NCBI GenBank assembly: GCA_937951675.1
Contig: CALFBI010000017.1
Location: forward strand, 1 to 64,000
Origin: an uncultured Verrucomicrobiales bacterium
GTDB lineage: Bacteria; Verrucomicrobiota; Verrucomicrobiia; Verrucomicrobiales; Akkermansiaceae
Length of the DNA stretch: 64,000 bases
Direction of reading: 5' to 3'
Shown here one piece after another: positions 28,701-38,049 of this stretch. The position numbers and the translations under genes are program-made. How positions within the stretch are numbered: the stretch's first letter is position 1; each line of letters starts with the position of its first letter. The notes under the pieces are model-generated. The model was not told the origin of the DNA. It did not search any database and saw nothing but the letters and a program-made list of their open reading frames with translations.

Positions 28701-31269
28701 ACCTCTGGCTTTCTCCTCCGGAAAGAGTGTTCAAAGCCTGCCCCAAGCGCAAATACCCAAGCCCTACTGACAATAGGGACTCCAGCCCTTTAAGAACATC
28801 CTTACGGAGTTTATCAAATTTTTTAGTTCCCTCTTCATCACTCCCTAAATGAGAGAAAAACTCCTGTGCCGAAGTCACCGTCATCCCTAGGATATCAGCG
28901 ACCGACTGCCCTTCGAGTTGATACTGCAAAGTGCTTGTTTGGTAGCGTCTCCCCTGACAATCGGGACAAGTAAGGAAGAGATCTGAAAGAAATTGCATTT
29001 CTATTTTTTCAAAACCATTCCCAGCACAACGCTGACAACGCCCCTGACCTGAATTGAAAGAAAAATACCCGGGCGTTAATCCCGCTGCTTTAGCCTCTGG
29101 AGTCAAAGTGAACAACTGCCTCACCCCGTCAAAAAAACCTAAGAATACTGCAGGAGTTGAACGAGGGGTTCGAGCCAAGGGGGACTGATCTACTAAAAGA
29201 ACCTGATCAACATGATGAGCTCCTTTTAAACCATGAAGATAACCCATTTCGCCCTCCGAATGTTGACCTAATTCCCGCGCCAAATTTTCATACAAAATAG
29301 AATGCACAAGAGTAGATTTCCCCGAACCAGAAACACCTGTCACAGTGCAAAAAACTCCGAGAGGGATTTTCACACTTAATTTTTGAACATTATGATGAGA
29401 GGCTCTGACCATCGAAAGAAACCGCTTCGGCTTTCTTTTTTCTTCCGGGAAAGACAATCTTATTTGCCCTGTGAGATACTTCAAGGTTCTCGATTGAGAC
29501 GACTTCCGACGAGGAGATCCTTCGTAAACGACCTGCCCTCCGTTTTCTCCAGCTTCTGGGCCAATATCGATTAAGTGATCTGCGGATCGCATCACTCTTT
29601 CCTCATGCTCTACCACGACCACCGTATTTCCCTTATCTCGAAGATCATGCATCACTTTGATCAAAGCATCGATGTCTCGAGAATGTAATCCCACGGTGGG
29701 TTCATCGAGCACAAATAAAGTATTCGCTAAAGACGCCCCTAAACATGAAGTCAGATTCACACGAGCCAACTCTCCTCCTGATAGAGTTCGAGTCGGCCTC
29801 TCTAAGGTCAAATACCCTAAGCCTACTTCACAAAGGTATTGAAGCCGGTGCTGAATTTCTTCCAAAATAAGCTTCGTCGTATGGTCTGCCTTTTGGTGCT
29901 CCTTCATTAAACTCTCACTCCATTGTGACAGCTCACTTACTTGCGTTCTCCAAATTTGCGGTAAGGTTTTCCCTGCCACTTGAAAGCAAAGCGCTTCTGG
30001 CTTTAAGCGGGAGCCCCGGCACTCGCCACACTCCGTATAAGAGCGATAACGGGACAAAAAGACTCTAACATGCATTTTATAGGCCTTCGTCTCTAACCAA
30101 TCAAAGAAACCTCTAATTCCATACCATTTCCCCTGCTCCCAAAGTTCCTCACTTTGCTCAAGACTACTTTTTTTCGAGGTATGAGGACGTTCACCATAGA
30201 GAACCCAATCCTTTTCTTCCTCGCTCAAATGCTCATAAGGACTCTCTAGATCAATTTCTACTTCAGAGGCACAACGTCTCAAATCACGTAACGCTTCTTC
30301 ACCTCGCTCGCCTTGGAAAGGTTTGATGCATCCTTCTTGAATCGACAATGATTCATTGGGAACGGCCTTTTTTAAATCAATTCCAATCACTCTCCCAAAA
30401 CCGCGACAAGTAGGGCATGCCCCAATTGGAGAATTAAAAGAAAACAACCCCGAACTCGGAGCCGGGAGAGTAAACCCTGTAGCAGGATTTAACCACTGTG
30501 TTGAAAAAGCTTTCTCTTCGCCTTCGAGATCTACCACGAGACGGCCTTTACCCAAAGTGAGAGCCTGCTCGATCGCCTCACTCAATCTCGACTTCTGCCG
30601 GGAGGAGAGCTTGATACGATCTTGCACAACCATGATCTCTCTCTCTGGAAGAGAAAGGCCTTCGGGCAAAGGCTCATCTGAGCGGTATAGCTTCCCCTTA
30701 ATCAGAAAACGTAAATATCCCTGAGACTGTAAAAAGGGCAGTAATTGATCTGCCTCAACTTTTTCGGGGAGTATCACTGGAAACAAAATAAGAGCGGCTT
30801 TCCCAGCTCTCTCTTTCTCCAGACACCAGGTAAGAATAGAGGCGCTATGATCTGGCTTAATCTCTTCTTGCGTAACAGGATCAAAAGCTCGCCCTAAACG
30901 GGAAAATAAAAGCTTCAAGTAGTCATTCACCTCCGTCAGCGTCCCCACCGTCGAACGGGTGGTGCGAACCTGGTTTTTCTGCTCAATCGCAATGGCAGGA
31001 AGAATCCCATCAATCTGGTCGACCGCAGGCTTATCCATTCGGTCAAAAAACTGTCTCACATATGGAGAAAAAGTCTCTACATAGCGACGCTGCCCTTCTG
31101 CATAAAGAGTCTGGAACGCAAGCGACGACTTCCCTGAACCTGAACGCCCTGTAATCACCGTCAATTGCCCCTTCGGGATTTGAAGGTCAATATTCTTGAG
31201 GTTATTTTGGCGGACTCCTCGCAGTGAAATGAATTCGCGAGAAATTTGATCAGAAAAACAGCTAGGCAC
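25720..31269 (-). CDS. uvrA: Excinuclease ABC subunit A, tandem-duplicated (two complete UvrA units fused; 1849 aa, four ABC nucleotide-binding domains)
   Basis: Four Walker A sites in UvrA context: N-term …[36 protein letters not shown]; ~res 640 …[19 protein letters not shown]; ~res 960 …[37 protein letters not shown]; ~res 1530 …[14 protein letters not shown]. Also multiple ABC signature LSGGE(A/S)QR motifs and Zn-finger Cys clusters ([28 protein letters not shown]). Confidence 0.9.
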   Translation of the reverse strand: [1849 protein letters not shown]

Positions 31270-31322
31270 CTAAAGAACCTAGCCGTGTTTTCGAAGTTTT
31301 CTAATGAAAAATAAAGATCTTA

Positions 31323-32954
31323 TTAAAGAGCTAAAAGCACTCTCGCAAAACCTTCCGGTTTGCCTTTAAAGCCTTGTAAATAGGCTCGAAGCGCACGCAC
31401 CCCTGCTTGGTCTTTAGAAGCTTGAAGTTCCTTCATCTTATCTTCTGCCTGCTTTAGGAATGCTTGGTGAGACTCCGCAAGAGTATTTCCTAGGCCAGTA
31501 AGTTGTTCATCATACATCCCCTTCAGAGTTCTATAACGGTTAAAGAATGAATCAGTAACCCCTGCTTCATCTTTTTTTACTGGCAAGTATGCAAGAGACT
31601 TCAGCGTTTTTATATTCTGAGCAAGTTCCTCTACTTTCTTTTCTAAGTCGGAGCTTCCTGACCGTTTCATTTTCCGAATTTCAGCCCGCTCAAAGCGATC
31701 CATCATTCTTTCCATTCGTTCCGTGAACTCACTTATTTGGGCTTGAGCCTCGTCAGATTTCACCGCTTGCAAATGTGTCTTAGACCAACTTTCCACGTCG
31801 AAATCTGATACCATGACGCTCGGCTCGTTAGACTCTGCTTCAGAGGGTTTTTCTTCAGAACCATTCGCTAAAGCGGTAGGATCTGAACTTGGCTGAGGGT
31901 CGCTAGGCTCTCCTGTTACAGAGGTCTTTTTTTCTGAAGTCAGAGCTTCTTCTATCGGACCAGAAAGATTTTCTTCCTCTGATTTTTTCCCTCCTACGAG
32001 CGCAGAAAGCCCTCCTAAAATAGCAAGTGCAGCCACTCCGGCGCCTACAAGAATCAATTTTTTGACATCCCAAGAGCCATCTTCAGAGGACTTACCTTTT
32101 TTCGCTTTTATTTTTGATTTTCTCTTTCCTTGGACAACTTCAAGAGCTCGATCTAAATCTTCGCTCATTTCTTCACAGCTCTTGTAACGATCCTTACGAT
32201 TTTCAGACATCGCTTTCTCAATGATCGCATCGAGTTCCTTAGGGCAACCCACGACTGTTGAAGGAGGTAAGCCTAACTCTCCTGGGAGTGAACTTGTTAA
32301 AAGCTGATGCAACATGGCCCCCACCGAATAAATATCGGCTCGCAAATCAACATTATCGGGATCATTTACCACTTCAGGAGCTGTATATCCAGCCGTTCCG
32401 AAAATGACGCCGTCGGCATCCGCTGCAGAATCTTTCGAGCTACTCGCGAGCCCGAAATCTCCAATTTTAGGGAGCGCTTTTGCCGAAGTAAGGAAAATGT
32501 TGCCTGGCTTAATATCCCTATGAAGAATATCAGCATCATGGGCATGCCCTAGCCCTAGAAGGACTCCCTTCGTGATTCTAATTGCATCTTCGGGTTCTAC
32601 AATTTGCTCAAATGTCGACTCGTAAAGAGATTTCCCGTCGACATATTCCATGACGATATAGAGCATTCTACCGACCTCTCCGAAATCGTGGAGCGCGACA
32701 AGGTTGGGGTGATTCAACCGAGCCATTGCTTTCGCCTCAGCAATGAATTGCTGCGCGAAAATGCGGTCAGCGGAAAGCTCTTTTGGCAAAAACTTAATCG
32801 CAACAGGGCGATCAATTGATTTCTGACGGGCTTTATAAATGGCCCCCATGCCTCCTTGTGCTAAAAAAAGCTCAAAAGTATAATTAGGGAGTAGAGCTTG
32901 AAGCTCATCCATCGGAGGAATTTCAAATTCCAGGGCTTCTTCAGCTTCTACCAT
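31323..32954 (-). CDS. Membrane-anchored Ser/Thr protein kinase (Hanks-type)
   Basis: Kinase subdomains: GGMGAIYKA…VAIKFL, HRDIKPGNIFL, DFGLA, GTAGYTAPE. A single TM helix (…LILVGAGVAALAILGGLSALVGG…) and a C-terminal extracytoplasmic helical tail. Confidence 0.85.
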   Translation of the reverse strand: MVEAEEALEFEIPPMDELQALLPNYTFELFLAQGGMGAIYKARQKSIDRPVAIKFLPKELSADRIFAQQFIAEAKAMARLNHPNLVALHDFGEVGRMLYIVMEYVDGKSLYESTFEQIVEPEDAIRITKGVLLGLGHAHDADILHRDIKPGNIFLTSAKALPKIGDFGLASSSKDSAADADGVIFGTAGYTAPEVVNDPDNVDLRADIYSVGAMLHQLLTSSLPGELGLPPSTVVGCPKELDAIIEKAMSENRKDRYKSCEEMSEDLDRALEVVQGKRKSKIKAKKGKSSEDGSWDVKKLILVGAGVAALAILGGLSALVGGKKSEEENLSGPIEEALTSEKKTSVTGEPSDPQPSSDPTALANGSEEKPSEAESNEPSVMVSDFDVESWSKTHLQAVKSDEAQAQISEFTERMERMMDRFERAEIRKMKRSGSSDLEKKVEELAQNIKTLKSLAYLPVKKDEAGVTDSFFNRYRTLKGMYDEQLTGLGNTLAESHQAFLKQAEDKMKELQASKDQAGVRALRAYLQGFKGKPEGFARVLLAL

Positions 32955-33052
32955 AATGACTTAGTGTTGTGTTCAATGCGCGTTTTAAAATCTTAAAGGG
33001 TGAAACTATCAGAAAAATCTTTGTCCTGTCAGCGCAAAAAATCTTCTTTTCC

Positions 33053-35662
33053 TCAATTAAGATAGCGAAGAAACCGTTTGGCATCACTCCCAGCCTTCTG
33101 AATTTCTTTTTCAATAGCAGCAACAGTCTGTTTCTGGCCTTTAGCCTTTTGCTTAGCAGCCTCTTCTTTCAACTTTTTAATGTAGAATCTACGGACTTTA
33201 TCGGCCTCTGAGAGGTTACGACTCTCTAGCTTTTTCTGCTGTCGAAGTGCCGCATTAATGATGTCTGCTACTTTTTTAGGAGTTCCAGCAGGAATGACAT
33301 CATTAGGGATTGTTCCATCTTTTCTCACTTTTCCTTCTAATCGGGTAATAGAATTCTTATAGAAACTTGCCTGATTTTTAGGAAGTGAGCCAAGCCACTG
33401 CTCCAGGTTCCAAACATAGCTTTTTGCATTTTGCTTAAGAGCTTTCTGATGCTTCGTGTCCGCTTTTTTTACAATTCCTTTTGCGGCTCTCTTCAGCGCA
33501 TTCACTTCGACAAGACTTCCGGATGGAATCCCTGTTTCATTCCCGGAAGAACCCTTATTAAGATTGTTTTTAACACGGTTCTTGTGATCAGAACTCCATT
33601 CGATAAGAAAATGTTTCACCGTCTTTGAGACATTTTTTTTGCGAGAAACCCATTCTCTATTGATTTGGTAAATGAGACCGTATTCTCCTGACATTTCCTT
33701 ATTTTCCTCCTCTTCGGCCCAATAAGAAATTGAAAATGGCTCTCCTGTCACCCATTTCCAGCTATCTCCCACGAACTCACCGCCCAGCCAGACATAACGG
33801 TTCACTCCTAGGCAATCTATTAAGTAATCATTTAAGATCCCCGCTTCTCTCTCATCCGAGACAACTGCCAAATGCCCACCCGACATTTCGGCAAGTCTTT
33901 TAGCCTCAATCCAACTACACACCTTCGAAGCTAAATAGTAAGTATGCCCGCCGCGCGTAATTGATCCCGCAGGGAAAGAAACCGTCGGCGTTCCATAAGA
34001 TTTAGCTGTGCGGCGCAGTTCTCTTTCAAGCTCTCCTGCCGAGCTTCCTTTTTTCCTCCATTGAATATAGAAAGGAAATTCATTCTTAGGCCCCACTCCT
34101 CTTATCGTTCCTACTTTAGAAAGAATTCCAACATGGCCACTCGGCTTAGAGGTTTCCCAAGGACTTCCATCAACCCAACCCCAATTGTTGCTTGTGGTTG
34201 TTCCTGCTCCCACCCAGACACCTGAGTATTTCTGAATTTTATTAGCTAACCAGCGCTGATCAGCCTCACTTGGCACACAGGCTAAATGCCCTCCGTGTGC
34301 TTCAGCGTAACGAATCGCATCTCCACGAGTCATCGCCTCCTTAATGAAGAAGTAAAAACTATCTCCTCTGTTCTCAACGCCTTTCGGAAATTCTTCGCGC
34401 TCCCCCGCTACCAAAGCAGATTTCAAACGCTCCAAACTTTCTTCACGAGATTCATCTTTGTTTGAGATTCCTGGCTCTTGGTGAGACCCTTTTTTCTGAC
34501 TCTTTGGTGAAGACTCTGAGTTTCCTGAAGCAGATCCTTCCTCATTATTAACCACTCCCAGCTCTGAACCTCCAGACTGATTCTTTTCACCATTCAGTTT
34601 GCCTTGCTTCAATTTAAGCACCTGAAAGGCTCCAAAAATCAAAGCCACAAGGGTCGCTATGATGACAAAATTTTTCATCAAATTCCACCCTCCCCCTGAG
34701 CTTACCATCGAAGAGCTAGATCTAGAGAGAGGGGACGTTACATTGCCTGCACCTCCTACCTTTAATGGAGCCGTAGTGAAGTTTCTAGAAACGGTGATAG
34801 GGCCTTTCCCTGAAGATGAAACTAGTGAGTTTTTAGACCCTAACTTCGCCATTAAATCACGAATCGCTTGCCCTAATTCACTTGCGTCATTGTAACGCAT
34901 TGCGGGGGAAGGATGAATGGCGCGGCGAATGATCTTATCAAATTCAGGATGACAGCGAGCGGCTTGAGAAACAGGCTTATAATTATCGAGAGGGACTTTC
35001 CCTGTGAGTAATTCATAAAGCATCGCACCAAGCGAAAACACGTCTGACCGCTTATCGACCGCATCCGGGTGATTGATCACTTCTGGAGCCGTATATCCAG
35101 GGGTCCCAAACACAACCCCTCCGGCCTCCTCCCTTTCATCGACCGGGCGTGCTAGCCCAAAGTCTCCTAACTTCGGATTCGCCTTTTCATCTAACAAAAT
35201 GTTAGCCGGCTTAATATCGCGATGAAGAATACCAGCATCATGAGCGTGAGCCAGCCCATTGCAAAGATCTGCGATGATTCGGCTTGCCTCTTCTTGGTCG
35301 ATTTGCTTTCCGTAAGCCGAATGATAGAGAGACTTGCCGTAGACAAACTCCATAATAATGAAAAGCATCCCATTGGCTTCTCCAAAATCATAAACCCCGA
35401 TCAAATTCGGATGGTTTAATTTCGCCATTGATTGCGCCTCAGCCTTAAACTGCTCGCGGAAAGATTCGTCTTCTCCTAAATGTTTAGGAAGAATTTTAAT
35501 TGCAATTTCACGGTCTAGAGAAGTCTGCTTAGCTCGATACACCGCGCCCATTCCCCCTTGGGCGATAAATGAAATGATTTCATAACCAGGGAAATATGGT
35601 TGTAACTCCTCTATCTTAGGGGCTTCAAAGTCGATATCTGGAGTAGAATTAGCGTCGCTCAT
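33053..35662 (-). CDS. Ser/Thr protein kinase with TM helix and two extracytoplasmic C-type-lectin-like domains
   Basis: Kinase motifs (GGMGAVYRA…IAIKIL, HRDIKPANILL, DFGLA, GTPGYTAPE); TM (…FVIIATLVALIFGAFQVL…). Two CTLD-like repeats (…YAEAHGGHLACVPSEADQRWLANKI…VWVGAGTTTSNNWGWVDGSPWE… and …RLAEMSGGHLAVVSDEREAGILNDYL…YVWLGGEFVGDSWKWVTGEPF…). Paralogous to the adjacent kinase. Confidence 0.8.
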   Translation of the reverse strand: MSDANSTPDIDFEAPKIEELQPYFPGYEIISFIAQGGMGAVYRAKQTSLDREIAIKILPKHLGEDESFREQFKAEAQSMAKLNHPNLIGVYDFGEANGMLFIIMEFVYGKSLYHSAYGKQIDQEEASRIIADLCNGLAHAHDAGILHRDIKPANILLDEKANPKLGDFGLARPVDEREEAGGVVFGTPGYTAPEVINHPDAVDKRSDVFSLGAMLYELLTGKVPLDNYKPVSQAARCHPEFDKIIRRAIHPSPAMRYNDASELGQAIRDLMAKLGSKNSLVSSSGKGPITVSRNFTTAPLKVGGAGNVTSPLSRSSSSMVSSGGGWNLMKNFVIIATLVALIFGAFQVLKLKQGKLNGEKNQSGGSELGVVNNEEGSASGNSESSPKSQKKGSHQEPGISNKDESREESLERLKSALVAGEREEFPKGVENRGDSFYFFIKEAMTRGDAIRYAEAHGGHLACVPSEADQRWLANKIQKYSGVWVGAGTTTSNNWGWVDGSPWETSKPSGHVGILSKVGTIRGVGPKNEFPFYIQWRKKGSSAGELERELRRTAKSYGTPTVSFPAGSITRGGHTYYLASKVCSWIEAKRLAEMSGGHLAVVSDEREAGILNDYLIDCLGVNRYVWLGGEFVGDSWKWVTGEPFSISYWAEEEENKEMSGEYGLIYQINREWVSRKKNVSKTVKHFLIEWSSDHKNRVKNNLNKGSSGNETGIPSGSLVEVNALKRAAKGIVKKADTKHQKALKQNAKSYVWNLEQWLGSLPKNQASFYKNSITRLEGKVRKDGTIPNDVIPAGTPKKVADIINAALRQQKKLESRNLSEADKVRRFYIKKLKEEAAKQKAKGQKQTVAAIEKEIQKAGSDAKRFLRYLN

Positions 35663-35769
35663 GCTAGATTATTAAAGTCTCTCATCATTGAAAATGAGGG
35701 TAGACATATTACTATTCAGATTTCAAAGTTCTGCAACTACTTTTAGCCTGAAATGTCCTATAAACATCT

Positions 35770-36171
35770 ATGAATGAAGACCAAATCTTTCACGTCATCG
35801 GAAATGAAGGGTTCACTAAACTCGTCTCTATTTTCTACCGTAAAATGCGAGAAGACGACTTAATCGGCCCTATGTATCCTCAAAATGACTGGGAAGGTTC
35901 TGAAGAACGCCTCCTTGGTTTTCTTCTTTTTCGGTTTGGAGGAGACATGACTTACATTGAGCAAAGGGGACATCCCAGATTGCGAATGCGTCACTCTCCA
36001 TTCACTATCGGAACTAGAGAACGAGATCGATGGACTCAAATCATGAACGAATCTCTTGAAGAGTGCGCCTTCCCGATACTCGCGGCCGCTCCTTTAAAAA
36101 AGTTCTTCACGGAGACCGCTGATTTTCTCAGAAACCAACCCGAGCTTCCTGGCTCTTGCCCTATTCATTAG
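35770..36171 (+). CDS. Truncated haemoglobin (group II trHb / YjbI-like globin)
   Basis: ~130-aa globin: …HVIGNEGFTKLVSIFYRKMREDDLIGPMYP…RLLGFLLFRFGGDMTYIEQRGHPRLRMRHSPFTIG… matches the trHbO family (proximal His in RMRHSPF, 2-on-2 helical fold length). Confidence 0.65.
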   Translation: MNEDQIFHVIGNEGFTKLVSIFYRKMREDDLIGPMYPQNDWEGSEERLLGFLLFRFGGDMTYIEQRGHPRLRMRHSPFTIGTRERDRWTQIMNESLEECAFPILAAAPLKKFFTETADFLRNQPELPGSCPIH

Positions 36172-36238
36172 CAATCTCCAGGCTGAATTCTTGATTTAAG
36201 AATGGGCAGATTCTTCTGAACTCGATACATCCAGAATT

Positions 36239-37129
36239 GTGTATGACGAATACCTCACTCTAGGCGCGCTCTTCGCAAGCAGCATTGCCGTTTTTTACCT
36301 TATGGTGCTTGTTTGTTTTCTTTTCAAACAAAAGGGCAGCCACTCTGACAAATCAGGCCAAAGCCTCATTCACCCCCTTGACCTTCTCGTTGCGGGGCTC
36401 CTTTTTTTGTTTTTCGCCGCCAACTGGAAAGCTTCAGGCTCTCCTCAAAAAACGGATCTAACCACCCTCGCTCCGCTCGATCTCGTCTCTCAGCTCATCT
36501 TTAGTAGTGGTATTCAAATCGCGCTCACTCTTTTCGCTTTACTTTATTACCCGCCTCGACGCGCGGCGATCATTCATCACCTCGGCCTACGATCTACTAC
36601 CACTGACTCTTCAAGCAGCATCAAGGTTTCTCGCAACGTCTGGTTTCTTTCTCTCACCTTAGGACCAGCAACTGTCGTAGTGATCTGGTTAATGATGGGC
36701 CTCATGCTTAGCAGCGGACTCTTCGAATGGCTCCAACAGGCTTTTGATCGAGAGATGACCCAAGATTCTGTTAGGCTTCTTCAAGAGACGCAAAGCTTAC
36801 CTGTGCTTCTCACAATGAGCCTTGTTGCGACGATCGCAGCCCCGGTAACAGAAGAACTCCTTTTCCGCGGTTATCTTTATCCTGTAATGCGAAATTACAC
36901 GGGAAAGGCCCTCGGAATTATCTTAAGTGGCGCTATTTTTTCTCTCGTTCACCTTAATATGCCCGTCTTCCTTCCCCTCTTCGTTTTCGGAATGCTCCTT
37001 GCCGTCCTTTACGAAACGACTAAGTCGATCTGGCCCTGTATTACAGCTCACTTCATTTTCAACTTTGCTACTGTAGCGGCACAGCTCGTCGCACGCTTTT
37101 CTCCAGATCTCTTTCCACCCTCTTCGTAG
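36239..37129 (+). CDS. CPBP-family intramembrane glutamic endopeptidase (CAAX protease/Abi-like). Start codon uncertain: GTG at 36239, first in-frame ATG ~36302
   Basis: Motif 1 EELLFRGYLYPVM, motif 2 FSLVHL and motif 3 HFIFN in TM helices, plus multiple N-terminal TMs. Confidence 0.7.
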   Translation: MYDEYLTLGALFASSIAVFYLMVLVCFLFKQKGSHSDKSGQSLIHPLDLLVAGLLFLFFAANWKASGSPQKTDLTTLAPLDLVSQLIFSSGIQIALTLFALLYYPPRRAAIIHHLGLRSTTTDSSSSIKVSRNVWFLSLTLGPATVVVIWLMMGLMLSSGLFEWLQQAFDREMTQDSVRLLQETQSLPVLLTMSLVATIAAPVTEELLFRGYLYPVMRNYTGKALGIILSGAIFSLVHLNMPVFLPLFVFGMLLAVLYETTKSIWPCITAHFIFNFATVAAQLVARFSPDLFPPSS

Positions 37130-37138
37130 AAACCGAAA

Positions 37139-38035
37139 ATGCCCTCTTCTACACGCACCTGTGCCGACATTGGCGAAGACGAACTCATTGCATCTCTTTC
37201 TTCCATCCTCCCCTCCTCAAGCCCAGGAGTTACAGGCATAGGTGATGACTGCGCGGTGATCTCTAGAGAAGACGGGACATCAACCCTTCTCAAAGTCGAT
37301 GCGATCCAAGAGGGTGTGCACTACTTTCCCGGCACCGACCCAAAACTGATCGGACGCAAAGCAGTTGCTCGCGTCGCCAGCGACATGGCCGCCATGGGAG
37401 GATCGCTTGACCATATTTTAGTAACTCTGGCCTGCTCCCCCGAAACTCTAGAAAAGGAACTCCTTAGTATCTACGAGGGGATGCAACAGTTTCTGGCAGA
37501 ATGCGGCGCTTCTATCGTCGGAGGAGAAACCACCTCTCTCGCACCAGGCGCCCCTCTCCTGCTCTCTATTAGCGGAGAAGGAAAAGCCCTCAAACCCATT
37601 CTTCGAAGTGGCGGGCAAGCTGATGACATCCTCTATGTCACCGGAGAGCTTGGCGGAAGCCTCGACGGTCATCATCTCACTTTCCAACCTCGTATCGAAG
37701 AAGGGCAATGGCTTTCCAAAAACGCCCCTCCCTCTGCCATGATGGACCTCTCTGACGGCCTCGCTCAGGATCTCCCCCGCCTCGCCAAAGCCTCCCAAAC
37801 AGGCTATCAAATCGCTCCTGAGAAATTACCTCGAAAGCCACACCTCAGTATTCATCACGCCATGACTGATGGAGAAGATTACGAACTTCTTTTTGCCCTT
37901 TCGCCCTCTCTGACGCAGACTTTAGAGCAACATTGGCCCTTTGACACCCCCCTTACCCGAATTGGCCGTCTAACTACTATTGAAGACAGCACTCCTTTTA
38001 CTCAGACCGGATGGCAGCACTTCACTGATTCATAG
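37139..38035 (+). CDS. thiL: Thiamine-monophosphate kinase
   Basis: …IGEDELIASLSSILP…GIGDDCAVIS…LLKVDAIQEGVHYF… is the AIR-synthase-related N-terminal domain, characteristic of ThiL, ~300 aa. Confidence 0.8.
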   Translation: MPSSTRTCADIGEDELIASLSSILPSSSPGVTGIGDDCAVISREDGTSTLLKVDAIQEGVHYFPGTDPKLIGRKAVARVASDMAAMGGSLDHILVTLACSPETLEKELLSIYEGMQQFLAECGASIVGGETTSLAPGAPLLLSISGEGKALKPILRSGGQADDILYVTGELGGSLDGHHLTFQPRIEEGQWLSKNAPPSAMMDLSDGLAQDLPRLAKASQTGYQIAPEKLPRKPHLSIHHAMTDGEDYELLFALSPSLTQTLEQHWPFDTPLTRIGRLTTIEDSTPFTQTGWQHFTDS

Positions 38036-38049
38036 CACCTTCTTCACTC

